DNA of 64,000 nucleotides, taken from Bugula neritina (Eukaryota > Animalia > Bryozoa). The stretch spans positions 32,850,773-32,914,772 of the forward strand of contig OZ037766.1 in assembly GCA_964035545.1 (NCBI GenBank), given 5' to 3'. Every line of letters starts with the position of its first letter. The first letter of the stretch is position 1. The position numbers were made by a program, and so were the translations under genes. The notes below the pieces were generated by a model. It saw only the letters and a program-made list of their open reading frames with translations, did not search any database and had not been told where the DNA came from. Below, one piece after another: positions 42,101 to 54,861 of the stretch.

Positions 42101-42891
42101 ACTACACTATACTATATACTATACTATACTATACTATACTATACTATACTATACTATACTATATACTCTCTATACTATACTATATACTATACTATATACT
42201 ATACTATACTATATACTATACTATACTATATACTATACTATATACTATACTATATACTATACTATACTATATACTATACTATACTATATACTATACTATA
42301 TACTATACTATACTATATACTATACTATATACTATACTATACTATATACTATACTATATACTATACTATACTATATACTCTCTATACTATACTATATACT
42401 ATACTATATACTATACTATACTATATACTGTACTGTACTATACTATACTAGCAGCTTGTTCAACTGTGCATTCTATTCATTTGGTAAACAAATTTCATCA
42501 TTTGGTAAACTGTATTATGTGCTATATTAAAAATCTGGCGAGAAAGTGGACAGATTATAGACTGAATGTAAACTGAATGCAGACTGATAGTAGACTGATT
42601 ATAGACTATAGACTGATTGTAGACTGATAGTAGACTGATTGTAGACTGATTGTAGACTGATTGTATAGACTGATTGTATAGACTGATAGTAGACTGATTG
42701 TAGAGTATTTCTTTGCAGTTGAAGAGAAAAAGAAAGCCACGCTGGTGAAGATTAACACGGCCAAGACTAAAGTCAGGTCAGAAATCACCGACTTGAGTAA
42801 CCGACTGAAAGAGTCGAGGGAGATGATTCAGAAAATGCAACAGGAAGTGAGGGTGCTCGAGTCGACCAGCAACCAATCAGCTGGCTCCTAA
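39199..42891 (+). CDS. YEATS4: YEATS domain-containing protein 4 (GAS41/Yaf9); 6 coding exons
   Basis: [17 protein letters not shown] / [29 protein letters not shown] / [28 protein letters not shown] / [32 protein letters not shown] / [10 protein letters not shown]...EVYDELVF / C-terminal coiled coil. Very close to GAS41. Confidence 0.96.
39672..40137. repeat. 24-bp intronic minisatellite, ~19 copies
   Basis: GTAGTGGCCATGTTGGTCAGTGTA. Confidence 0.95.
40905..41295. repeat. Two adjacent intronic minisatellites (~34 bp and ~35 bp)
   Basis: A CCTGTCATCTTTGACACTTCTGACAACTTGTAC array followed by a CTCACCTGCTGTTACTTGTCAATATTATACT array. Confidence 0.88.
41740..42450. repeat. (TATAC)n microsatellite, ~700 bp
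   Basis: Long TATAC/TATATAC array in YEATS4 intron 5. Confidence 0.95.
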
Positions 42892-43219
42892 CAAACTCTA
42901 ACCAATCAGAAACATTTTTGCATACATTTTGTAGTACAAACTTTGTCGACTGTTAGCTATTACTAGCATCGCATTTCATGTCCATTTGGGTTTCTGTGTA
43001 AATAGATAGAAATGGTGTATATTATAGGGTTGATGCGTCAAATGAGTCTTTATTCATGCGTGATGATTACTTTGTATTGGATCCTGCTTTCTTTTTTGAA
43101 TGATTTTGTACAATAATTGTAAAAATTATCCTGTAAAGTATTTGTATTTACAAATTTAGTGATAAGACATACTGGACTTGTTTAATTCCTTTTTTATTGT
43201 TGTAAAGTTGGTTTATGTG

Positions 43220-46200
43220 TTATATAATAGATAATACAATGTCAAGTGCTTTAGACAAGGCTAATGCATTCTCTGTCTTCACATGTTTAACGTTTACGGG
43301 TCGGTTGCAGTTCGTCCCCGCCTCTTCAATCTAATAAATAAATAATTTACGGTTATGTGCTATTAGAACACGGTCTATAGTTATTAGACCACAGTCTATA
43401 ATTATTAGACCACAGTCTATAATTATTAGATCACAGTTTATAGTTATTAGACCACAGTCTGTAGTTATTACACCACAGTCTATAGTTATTAGACCACAGT
43501 CTATAATTATTAGACCACAGTCTATAATTATTAGATCACAGTTTATAGTTATTAGACCACAGTCTGTAGTTATTAGACCACAGTCTATAGTTATTAGACC
43601 ACAGTCTATAGTTATTAGACCACAGTGTAAGTATCAAACTCATACTCACTAGAATAGGGCAGTCGGGACTGAATATGATGACATCACTAAATTCTTCCTC
43701 TTCTATGCTAGTCTGCGTGAGTCCCTGATCCCAGCCGGCTAGACTCACTCGTACATCATGTTTACCACCTGCAAACATACTGACCAATCAGCTTCAGGTA
43801 GACTAATCAATGAGCTTCGAGTAGACTAACCAATGAGCTTCGAGTAGACTAACCAATGAACTTTGAGTAGACTAACCAATGAGCTTGCAAGGGAAATATT
43901 TGGATACAGAAAAGCCAAATATAAACTAGTGAAATGCTATACCAACACTTGAAGCTCTTTAGTGCCATATGTATTGACCACATTTTTTGACTTACTCAAA
44001 GTAAATACTAATTCAGATTTCTTAAAGTGGTTTCCCAGTGCCTTAGAGAATCCTAGTCTGATATTCGCCCTTTTATCAATCTGCCTGAACACTTCTTGAT
44101 CTTTAGCGTTTGCTCCTTTGCCCATAAGATTTATGTTCAGGTGGGTGTCAAACACCTCCACAAATTTCCCTCTGAAACAAAAGTTTTATTATATTTTAGT
44201 GACATGAAAAAAGACCATGTCTTTGAAGTGTTCAATATTCGGGATAATACAGTTAGCCTGCTGCCTCACCTTTGAACTGGCAGCTTTAGCCAACTAACAT
44301 AGCACAGGGTAAAGTTCGTCAGCTGCTGAATCGTTGAGTCACCAACGTGTTGTCTAAAACTCTGCAACAGTTGGAAAGATACAGTATACAAGTATTAGAT
44401 AGATAACCTACCTGGATACAGTTTACAAGTATTACATAGATAACCTACCTGGATACAGTTTACAAGTATTACATAGATAACCTACCTGGATACAGTGTAC
44501 AAGTATTACATAGATAACCTACCTGGATACAGTGTACAAGTATTACATAGATAACCTACCTGGATACAGTATACAAGTATTACATAGATAACCTACCTGG
44601 ATACAGTATACAAGTATTACATAGATAACCTACCTGGATACAGTATACAAGTATTACATAGATAACCTACCTGGATACAGTATACAAGTATTACATAGAT
44701 AACCTACCTGGATACAGTATACAAGTATCACATAGATAACCTACCTGGATACAGTATACAAGTATTACATAGATAGACTACCTGGATACAGTATACAAGT
44801 ATTAGATAGATAAACTACCTGGATACAGTATACAAGTATCACATAGATAACCTAGATACAGACACAGAATACTTAAATCTACAGTACTAAGTCTCACCTC
44901 AGTAACCCCAGAACCCCGCCCTTTCCTGTACAAATGCTTGCCGCATCTCGTTATCACGTAGTTTACGTTTAATCCAAGGATTCTCTTCTGCATTGCATTG
45001 CTACAGGATGAAATAACTCCAACCAAACCTCTAAAATGTGTGTGGAATTACAGCATCATTTGAGTCATCTACTTGAAGCCATGATTGTTTTCTTTTAATT
45101 TTTATATGCAAAATGCATTGATGCTTTTTTCCTTTTAAGTTTTGAACATAAAAATAAAATTAAGTATATATTGTTATATAGTTATAGAATTCACCAGTAG
45201 ATTTGCCATCTGTCTTAATACTTACCTTTCTCTGGCCTTGTCAACTATGTTTCTGATGCTTTCCCAGTTGACCTGAAACATTGTTACATTCTCTACAAAT
45301 GATAGGAAAACGTGGAAAAGCCAGCAGCTTCTTATTTATAAAATGCCAAAGCAAGCATATTTGTAAACCATCCATATATGATAATTCAATATATTTTTCA
45401 TGCACTGCGTACAATTTGGACACTAAAAATGTTTTTAGATTCATGGTGTGAATATGATAGAAATGCACAAATAAACTTTAAGCATTACTATAGTTAGAGT
45501 AGAGCATAACACACAAACTCAGTAGATATTAAATAAACTTGTTGTGTAAAGCAGTGAACGTGTTTTATTGGTTTGAGGTGTGAATATAGAATATAAAGAG
45601 TGCTACTTTCTTACTAATACACTTTGCAGAAAATATGTAGCATTCTACATATGAAATTGTTTTTATCCCAGCAATACGCATGCTAAGCCTTTGCTAAACT
45701 AGCACCTGCCACATCACCTGACATCACCTGCCACATCACCTGCGAACACCTGCCAGCCACTCGTCCTGACATCACCTGCCACATCATCTGACATCACCTG
45801 TCACATCACCCGATACCACCTGCCATGTTATTACCTGCTAACACCTGCCACATCACCTAACAACACCTGCCATGCTGTTTATTACCTGCTTAGTTTTGCT
45901 GACTCTGGTCTGTAGCACGTCAAATATAAACAGGTTGTTTGGAGATTGCTGCGAAATCCTCTGATTGGTTATCTGTACTGCAGACGTCCGGCTGAGAGAT
46001 TTACTGCTGGATCTCAAACTCACACTTCGTCTGGATCGGAAGTCAAAAGCAGACTTCCTGTTTTTGTGTTCATTGTAGTAGCTGGATACGTCTTTCTGAA
46101 AAAATACTTCTTGTTGTTTATTATTGCTATTTATATCTTTGGCACTTTCAACTGTGATCTTATTATATATGAACTGTAACAGAAAATATGATTGGTTGAT

Positions 46201-49200
46201 TATGAACTTTGACATCAAACAGTTCGACTCATGCTCACTATTGGTTAGTTCTAATTACTGGGTATAGATGAATTGACTGAAAGCTGATTGGCTATGTACT
46301 GGAAGCTGATTGGCTATGTACTGGAAGCTGACTGAATACTGAAAGCTGATTAGCTACGTACTTGTATTTGAACAGAGGTGATTGTTTGGCTGCTGACGTG
46401 TCTACAGGCGGCTGGCATGGAATTCAATCTCTGTTTTTCTCTTGAGTTCGACTTTTGAGAAAGAGAAGGCAACTTAGAAATCTAAAAATATATAGTTATT
46501 ATCAGCACAGCAGGTCACGAGACTTCACCTTTAACCTTTAACCTTTGCCACAAAAGCTAATAGTTAACAGACACAATTTAAATAAATTAAGATATGTTGA
46601 AATACTTTTTTTAGTTGAAAATTTTGTTACAGTTGAAATTTAGCATAATTTGCAGGAAATTTCTTTTAGATATTTCTTAAGTCATAGAAAAGTATAATTA
46701 AAACCTGAAGTTGTTTAGACAGAAGATATTGCTTGTAAAGTAGATAATATTATGTACAGCTGCTGTCTAAAGAAAGAACTTTCACTGATGATTATTATCA
46801 GAAGTCTACCTTCTGCTTTGTTGCTGTTCTTCTTAAAGTGCGAGAGTTACTAGATGCGGGAATAAGAGATGGAGAGGAAGCTCTGTCAGGCAGTACAGAT
46901 CTTTTGATTGGTGGTAATAGAGAGTAGTGATTCAAATCTACCTTAAACATACGAGAGTATTACTAGAGAGTAGTGATTCAAGTCTACCTTAAACATACGA
47001 GAGTATTACTAGAGAGTAGGGATTCAAATCTACCTTAAACATACGAGAGTATTACTAGAGAGTAGGGATTCAAATCTACCTTAAACATACGAGAGTATTA
47101 CTAGAGAGTAGTGATTCAAATCTACCTAAACCTTCGAGAGCATCAATAGTATAGTTATAGTAAAAGCTATGAAATAGCTTTTGTTTAATTCTGAATGTAA
47201 ATGTGTTGCTCCAACTGGAATTCAAACCCAGACCTCCGGTTTGCAATCAGCCGAGCTAACCCTTACACCACAGGGCCTACAGAATTCCCAACAACACTAA
47301 ACACAACAATTTATTAGAAGCAAACCTGATACTTTCAACTCATCAATCCTGCTTTCACTGGCATTTTCTTTTTCTTTAGCGACATTTGACTCTTCCCTAG
47401 CGTAGATTAAACTCTGTTTCTCTTCATTGGGTGTGAGTGGAGGGTTGATGTACCAGGCGTAGTCAACTTTAGCTGACTCTACAACCTCCACCTCACTAAA
47501 TGCAGCACAAACCAATCTATAGTAAGACATTCTGTACCAGTCACAAATATCTCCTAATATTGCCTAATATGCCTGCACATTAAATAGCTATTAAACTCTG
47601 CAAGTGCATGGCCACAGTAACTAAAAAATTTAAACTAAATAATTGCTATAGCAGTAAAAATGGAGTTCTAACAGAAAAAATCTTTAGGAGTATTTTGTTA
47701 ATTTTTTGTAAGCAATTGGTATGAAGATGGGATCAGCTGACAATATATAGGTCACAGTATATACTTGCTTTCGGTTATTTAACGCAGATGTAAATAGACG
47801 GCAGGAGTTGATTGGCACACTTGTTGATAAATGCTGCCCTTTAAAATATCCTTGAAATGAAGGTTCTTCAGCTGTAGAAAGTCTATAGTCGGTAACCTGC
47901 AACGGTTTACACGAGTATCACAAGATTTACTTCTATTAATCAAGATTTTTGCACATTGTTAGTATCAAGCAAATATGCATACATTTTTTAAAATGATTAG
48001 AGAAAGTCAATGCATAAAAAAAGCGAGTTTTGGAATGAAACAAGGTGGTGCTAAAACCGCCTTACTTTACTGCCGTAGAGAAAATCTGAAAAGCGATTAG
48101 ATTCCTCCAGTAAAGTTTTGCTGTTGTGATTTTCTTCCGCCATTTTAGAATAACTCATCCTGCACGACTCCATGGTTGAGATGCCATGTGGGTCAAATGT
48201 CATCACCAACTTGACTGGTTCCTGTAAAACACTGATGTCTAGAGAATGAATTCATTAATTATGCTATAGGTTATATCCTATTCGGTATTTTACTCATATA
48301 CCACTAAGAATGGTAGCTGTTGTCAACATTTACCTGCCGAAGATTCAAATCTTCAAAATTCTCTTTTTGGGAACTTTGTTGGGACTCCACTATAGTTAAT
48401 GACGAGTGTGGAAATTCCGCAGCTGCACTATGCGCTGCTCCCTGAATCACTCGACTTACAAAGTTGGATGCTATTTGATCTTCGAATGAGTTTTGGGAAT
48501 TTTCTCTGTTCTCTGAGTTGTCAGCAGTTGCTTGGTCAGCAGTCTCTGGTGATGAATCTTGTAGTTGTTCTTCTGGCAGCGCAACTCTCTCTAAAAGATC
48601 CTCTTTAGTCTCAACAGCTGCCGCATCCCTTGGTATTTCTTCATTCATTAGTCTTATACCTGTGTTTATGAAGCCAGGGTTCTTCGTCGCCATTTCGACT
48701 GCTATATTTGATGCTGCGAAACTTATCAGCATGTCTATGAAGCTTGGTATTACTCGCTCGTTGAACTGAACCTTAGTGTGATCATGCCTTGATTTATCTG
48801 TTTTCTTCTGCTGCTGACTCAACACATCCATAGCCTCAGGACCAACTGGTTGTTGCGTCGGTATAAACCTTTGGGAGACATTAGAGCTAAGCCCCTCAAC
48901 TAAAGCTGAAGTAGCGTCACTACCTCCGCTGCTACTTGTACTTTCTGCAGGAGATTTTATGGTTGCAGACACAAGAGTTTTTGGTGAAACAGATTCTAAC
49001 AAAATATTTTCTGCTGTATAAGAATTATCAGATGGCTTATCTGCAGAGAGAGAGTTGATGTTACTACCGGCATCTTCCATTGAATCTTCATCAAGTTCTG
49101 TGGTAGATTTGAGGCCGTAATCAGGTTGTATTAAGTTGGTATTGGATAAAACTTCTCGCTCTAAATCGTGTTGCTGGTGCTCAAGGATCTGTTGTATATA

Positions 49201-51605
49201 GTCTTGTACATTAGTGCTAAGAGTCTTAGCATCCTTGTCTTGTGTCCTCGGTGACTCTATCTGGTGCACAGAACTCGGCACAGAAAGACTAATGCTTCCG
49301 GAAGATTCCTTGGCCAACACTTCTGATGAAACTCTGTCAGATTCCTCAACTGCCTCTGTGACAATTATGTTGGAAACGACTGCACTATTTGCCCGAGCCT
49401 CGTGGTGCGAGTGAACATCCGTTTTGACATCTGAGCGAGTTTTCCTAGCTTTAGTTTTAGGAGTTTCCAGCCACTGCTTGTAAGAAGTCGGCTCAGCTTC
49501 TGGTGTGAATCCTCTAGAGTCAGTTTTAGCTGCTAGAGTTTGAGACTGGGATCTGTAACTGCTAGCCTGAGAGGTAGATCTATGTGTTCTGATAGATTGA
49601 GGGGAGGTGAGACGACTCCGAGGTGATCTCACTCTGGTAGAGCTGCTATGGCTAACTGGAGAGGGTGTCTTTACCATCTGCGTTACTCTCCAGTTGGCGT
49701 GTCCTTCTTGTAAACTCTACAACACATCATGGCTCATCTCTTCAGCACAATGTCTCAAACTGTTAACATTATTTTCTGTAAAAATTTTGTTAGTTTGTGA
49801 TCTCATGATTTCTCATTTCAGTAATTTGTATGCCCTTAGAAGTTAAAAGCAGACGGCTGTGATGTTGAAAAAAGTGCAGTTTCATCTGCAAGCTTGTTTC
49901 GTTTCTTCCTGTTATTAGGTAGTTATATTGTTACACGTTTCTTCCTGTTATTAGGTAGTTATATTGTTACAAACCTTCGCATGTTTCGCATGACTATCAG
50001 AAGACCCGAGTGTGTCAGAGAGAGAGACAGATGGTAGAGTGACCGCATTAGTGCTGTGTAGTAGAAGACTGTGGTCACCTATAAGCTCGTTGGGGCTGGC
50101 AAAATGTGGCTCCCTCAACAGCTACAAGTAACAAGCATGCAATCACAGTCTAAACTTGTGAAAATGTCTTATGTAGCTTTATAACACACTGGTATATAAA
50201 TGCAATGTGTATATATCATATACATAAAGCAGAGTAATATATTATATATCATATGTATAAAGCTGAATAATATATTATATGACATATGTATTACAAATGA
50301 GTAATATATATTATATGTCATATCTATTACAAATGAGTAATATATATGACATATACATACAGCTGAGTAATATATTGATACACAGCTACCTGTGGAGAAG
50401 GGGTGAGAGACAACAATTTGAGTTCCACTTCACTACCGGAAGACAGGGGAGTACAACTCCTTGTACACAGGTTATTGGGGAGATGACTCACATCTTTATG
50501 TATTTTGTTTACCTTGAAAACATGTAAGTGTTCTAATGATAACAATCATTATATGTATTGAATCATTATACTGGATATAAAACCAGCAATGTGGTTGCAG
50601 AAGATGTAACACAAAAAGCTGACATGGAAAAAATTGGCAAGGTCTATTAGATATCCTATTAGATATCGGTTAAAGTTTTCTTGTTAGATTGCATGAAGGT
50701 ACTGCATATGAATTATATGAAATAGTAAAGGAAGCGTAAAACTAAATGATTTGTTTGAAAGTTTGAATTAAGTTGAAGGAAAATGAAGCTCAAAGAGCAT
50801 TCCGTTTCACTCTGATGAATATTTCTGGCCAATAAACTCTATCAACTTAGTTGCTGCTGCGCTATTAAACAAAATGGTGGCTATAACTTTTCCTCTATTT
50901 CAGTTTTCTTATAATACGCATTTATTTAATCAAATTGAATAGTTTATTCAAAGAATTCAAAAAATTTATAACCTTGAGTTTTAATTTGAGTAAAAGTTTT
51001 TGTTCAAGTTGCAAATTATTTTCATTTTTTTAAAAAAAAACAACATTTAAATGAGTGAATAGCAGTACTTTATGGCTAACAAGTAAATCATGAATGGAAT
51101 GAAATATTAAAAAAATTAATATATAAAGCTCTCTATGCTCTACGGATGACACAATATTGTTACATAAGATATGTTGAAAACAAAACTATAGTATATATCA
51201 GGCAACATGCTTTCTACAGCATCCAAATAATACCTCTGCAGTTGGCTTAGCATTTCAATACAATTGGAGCAGAAATTTTAACAATTGATATTTTTTCTCA
51301 AGTTTACTATTTTTAATTCGAGTTGTAAAACTTCATTATCAACTTATTTTACATATAAGTAGATAATTAAGTATATATACACAATTGACAATACATTAGT
51401 CATAGTAGATAAGTAAGTATATATATACACTATATTAGTCACATTAGACAAGTAAGTACATAATGTTTATAGTAGATATAGGTAAGTAAAGGTAAGTATA
51501 ATACATTCATATACCAACGTTTCGAAAGTCTTTTGAAATTTCTCCTTTTTCATTATTTTCTTCCGCAAAGTTTGGGGAAGACGAACGAAAGGGAATTGTA
51601 GTCAT
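43220..51605 (-). CDS. Large uncharacterised protein (Ser-rich disordered N-terminal half, globular C-terminal region); ~14 exons
   Basis: First exon 51605-51515 (MTTIPFRSSSPNFAEENNEKG) is phase-compatible with 50533-50388. Further open exons at ~50122-49975, 49776-48333 (contains the 457-aa ORF), 48222-48066, 47897-47763, ~47555-47332, 46942-46810, ~46480-46362, 46175-45886, 45030-44875, 44363-44270, 44171-43950 and 43768-43648, then 43330-43220 (ALSKALDIVLSII*). Internal boundaries are approximate. Confidence 0.7.
43360..43626. repeat. 21-bp intronic minisatellite
   Basis: TTATTAGACCACAGTCTATA(G/A), ~12 copies. Confidence 0.9.
44378..44860. repeat. 37-bp intronic minisatellite, ~13 copies
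   Basis: GATACAGTATACAAGTATTACATAGATAACCTACCTG. Confidence 0.95.
46918..47127. repeat. 46-bp tandem repeat spanning an intron/exon acceptor
   Basis: AGAGAGTAGTGATTCAAATCTACCTTAAACATACGAGAGTATTACT, ~4.5 copies. Confidence 0.92.
47205..47277 (-). pseudogene. tRNA-like sequence (Cys GCA anticodon-like): tRNA pseudogene or tRNA-derived SINE head
   Basis: Minus strand reads GGCCCTGTGGTGTAAGGGTTAGCTCGGCTGATTGCAAACCGGAGGTCTGGGTTTGAATTCCAGTTGGAGC: A box TGGTGTAAGGG, B box GGTTTGAATTCC, imperfect acceptor stem. Confidence 0.6.
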
Positions 51606-52530
51606 TTTTGTTCAGCTACACTACCAACAAAACAAGCTAATAAATATAAACACATTAATACTGACTGTCAAAAAGAATGACATCTTCCAGCACAAAAACA
51701 AAACTTGCTTATTTTTGAAATCGCTCACACTTTTTGAACACATGCACCACTTTTCTTTTAAAAAATAACAAAACATAACAATAGTAAAACTAACCAGTGG
51801 TAATTCTGGCAGCTGGGTGGGTACATAATAGAAATTATATTTATATTAGTACTCATATTGATAGAAGTGCTAGTAATTCAAAAGTAGGATGGACTTCTAT
51901 AAGTAAAATATTTTATTTATAACAAATTATTTGGTTGACTTACTAACCAATTTGTCACAAATTATTTAACAATTGCTTTATAATTATATATTATGATCTA
52001 TGAAGTACAGCATCTCATTTGAAAGAGGTTATCTTTAGGTTTACCAATGCATGATTACAAGCATTTTAAGTATATAAATTTCACAAATTTATTACAACTT
52101 CAAATGGTATATCTTATGATTAGCTAATTCTTACCTACAACATACTAGCCATGGGTTTTAGTAAATTTTATTTCATCAAATATTTTTACTAAACTTTGAA
52201 CTCAAAATTCTAAAAAATAATATTGAATAAAACTGAAACCATTTAGTTGATGATGTCATCATTTGAGGCTTGAATCAAAATGAGAAATAATTAGGGATCA
52301 TTTTTACTTATTTTTGCTGAAAGTTCAAGTAATGTAGCTCTTAATATTAATGTTAAAAAGTTGCACAAGTTTTATATACTTGGCTAAATAGAATTGAAGA
52401 GTAGTCTACAATATATATCTAATATAACTTTATTGTTTCACAATGAATAATTTTACATACAGTACATGCCATCAACTAACAACCACAAGGTATAAGCAAT
52501 AACATCAACTGTTAAGAACAGTGATAATTG

Positions 52531-52746
52531 CGATTTTAGGTAATAGTGGGACAGGTAAAAATGGCACACTGATGTTAAATTTGTCCCAACCCAAACGACC
52601 CCAGCTGAAACCTAAATCCCAAACCTAAACGCCCATTCCAAACTCCCAACTCCCACCCTAAACCAGCTAAAATTGAACATGTGCCATTATTACCTGTACC
52701 TTAATTACTTGTGTCATTTTTACCGTGCCATTTTTACCCGTCATCG
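52531..52746. mobile_element. Short non-autonomous element with inverted GGTAAAAATGGCAC subterminal repeats and CCTAAA core
   Basis: GGTAAAAATGGCAC at ~52554 is inverted to GTGCCATTTTTACC at ~52726 (a further copy at ~52682). Central CCTAAA(C/T)CC repeats; CGAT...ATCG ends. Confidence 0.6.
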
Positions 52747-53621
52747 ATAACTACATTTATGGTGTTTGAATAGCACTGATAACTATAATATTATTAGTAA
52801 ACAGCAATAATAATATATTATGATTATATAAAATATCTTTACACAAATAATGAGTATTTTAGTTGCACCAATGAGAGTAGTAACAAGTCAATGTGACACA
52901 CTTTCATATAACAGTACAGCATTATATCAGCAGATAGACTAACTTCCACAGCTGCACATGTTAGTAGAGTAAGGCTGGACAAAATCAGCTCTCTCACTGC
53001 AGTTGAAAAGTTGCATGTTGGTTGCTCAGTTTAACTCTTACAAGTGTTTCACAGAAATCAGAAAGCTTAGAACACTCCGCCATTGTTTGTAGCTGTTCAT
53101 CCTTAGTGATGGTACAACAAATATATTGTATCATTTTCTATGAGAACAAAACTCCTTCCTTCTGATTTGTGGCAGATTAAAACCAGGGAGCAGCAGGAGT
53201 TGTCTTTCTTTAGCTGATATATATACATTTCTTTGTTTGCGTGGAATTAACCTGAGCTAGAAGTTATATAGCTAGTTGATGAAATAGCAAATTTTCTTTG
53301 CTAGTGAAAGAAAGAAGGAATTCCTTTATATTCCTATTATATTGCTACGTACTAGCTATAGAAAATATTGTTTGAATCAATGCTTGTTTAAATAAAAAGA
53401 ATGAACATAATGTAATTGGCCTACATGTGAGGCTATTATGTATCTCGTACTTATGGGAAAATAAATTTTCCAAATGGTTCATGTAAACATGAAATAAAAA
53501 GAACATTACCTCATAGCTATTTATAGGTATAACAATGTACGTTGATGTGATTGGTTAATTACGTTGAATTACACTGTTGTGGTATATATAGTAATGGTAT
53601 AGTAATTCACTTTCAAATATC

Positions 53622-54386
53622 ATGGAAGCAGCAATGTCAAAGCAGCAAATTAGTGAATTTAACTTATCAGATAACCACAACATTTTCGGCATGTTACAGA
53701 AATTAAAGGACTTTGGTATTCAACAAAGAAGACAAGATGTGAAGCAAGTCATGGTGGTTGGAGAATGTATAGTCTGTAGCAATGATCAACTATTTTTATG
53801 TCCCAATTGGGAACTTTTCTTTAACAAAAAGTTCTCTGAATGTGACAACTCTGTACAACAATTCACTAGAAGATTATTTCCTGGTGTACAAGACCAACAT
53901 ACGGTTCACACAGAGCTGATCTGGTTATCAAAAGGTCGTCAACTGAGATCAGACCGTCTGTACATCATATACTCGTACTACATTCCATGTGCTGGTAATC
54001 ATCACAGCATCATTTCCTGTGCGGAGTGGTTGACAAAGTTTGCAGGTCTACGCAACGTCAATGATAGTAATAATACTAACATTACTAACAATTATGATAA
54101 TAAAAGCTTTGATGCAATCAATGATGTTAGTACTGATAATAATAATTTTTATTATTATAATAGCATCAATATAATCATTGGTTACGATAAGGTGTTTAAA
54201 CATAGCTGTGAGGCTAAATGTTTTTCAATATTTGATGAAAGAAAAGTACCCTTATATGATGTAACCAAACGCTTTATACGTGGAAAAGAGAATGTACATG
54301 TTCAGCTTGAAAAAGCGAAATTAGCACGACAACTTCTAGAATTACAAATGTTAAACAATGGCAAACAACGATTTCTCTCCGTCTAA
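53622..54386 (+). CDS. AID/APOBEC-like zinc-dependent deaminase, paralog 1 (uninterrupted ORF, 254 aa)
   Basis: VHTE (53907-53915), then x23, then IYSYYIPCAGNHHSIISCAE; downstream IIIGY strand; TATATA at 53583. Clear paralog at 58513. Confidence 0.78.
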   Translation: MEAAMSKQQISEFNLSDNHNIFGMLQKLKDFGIQQRRQDVKQVMVVGECIVCSNDQLFLCPNWELFFNKKFSECDNSVQQFTRRLFPGVQDQHTVHTELIWLSKGRQLRSDRLYIIYSYYIPCAGNHHSIISCAEWLTKFAGLRNVNDSNNTNITNNYDNKSFDAINDVSTDNNNFYYYNSINIIIGYDKVFKHSCEAKCFSIFDERKVPLYDVTKRFIRGKENVHVQLEKAKLARQLLELQMLNNGKQRFLSV

Positions 54387-54560
54387 CGTCTTCAACGACC
54401 ACCCATTGCCTTGTGGGTTAAGCTGTAAATATAGCTAAAGGCTAAGAGAGAAAACCCTAACAGAAAACACGGGTGGCCCTTGGGCAAGACCTAGTACCCG
54501 GTAGCCTCCCTAGCTGGGGTCACAGCTAACCCTTCTGACATTGCGGAGCTCAACTACTAT
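54360..54560 (+). mobile_element. Probable retroelement (LINE/SINE) 5'-UTR fragment with structured RNA
   Basis: GC-richer island with a second partial copy at 56365-56420 (GTCTTCAA.GAC..CCATTGCCTTGTGGGTTAAGCT) and internal complementarities. Confidence 0.45.
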
Positions 54561-54861
54561 TAGTATCATCCTGATAAGACGCTACTTAGAGTTTAGCTAT
54601 ACGTAGCTATTTCAACACCAAGTGGACATCAAGGAGTAGCAGTCACTATATAACCATCAGCCACTAACCAGTCAGGAACCTATATGAAAGAGATGAACAG
54701 ACTTTGAAAACATACGGATACCATTCTGACAATTAAACGCTATACGTGTCTATTTTGACACGAAAACAGTTATATGTGACTCGATTGTATCTCTGGATAG
54801 GAAATATAACACAAATACTAATTTATAGTGTCAGTTTATATTATAGTTCTTCAATATAAAC

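Noticed and set aside
41702-42451. 249-aa Tyr/Ile/Thr ORF
   Set aside because: (TATAC)n microsatellite.
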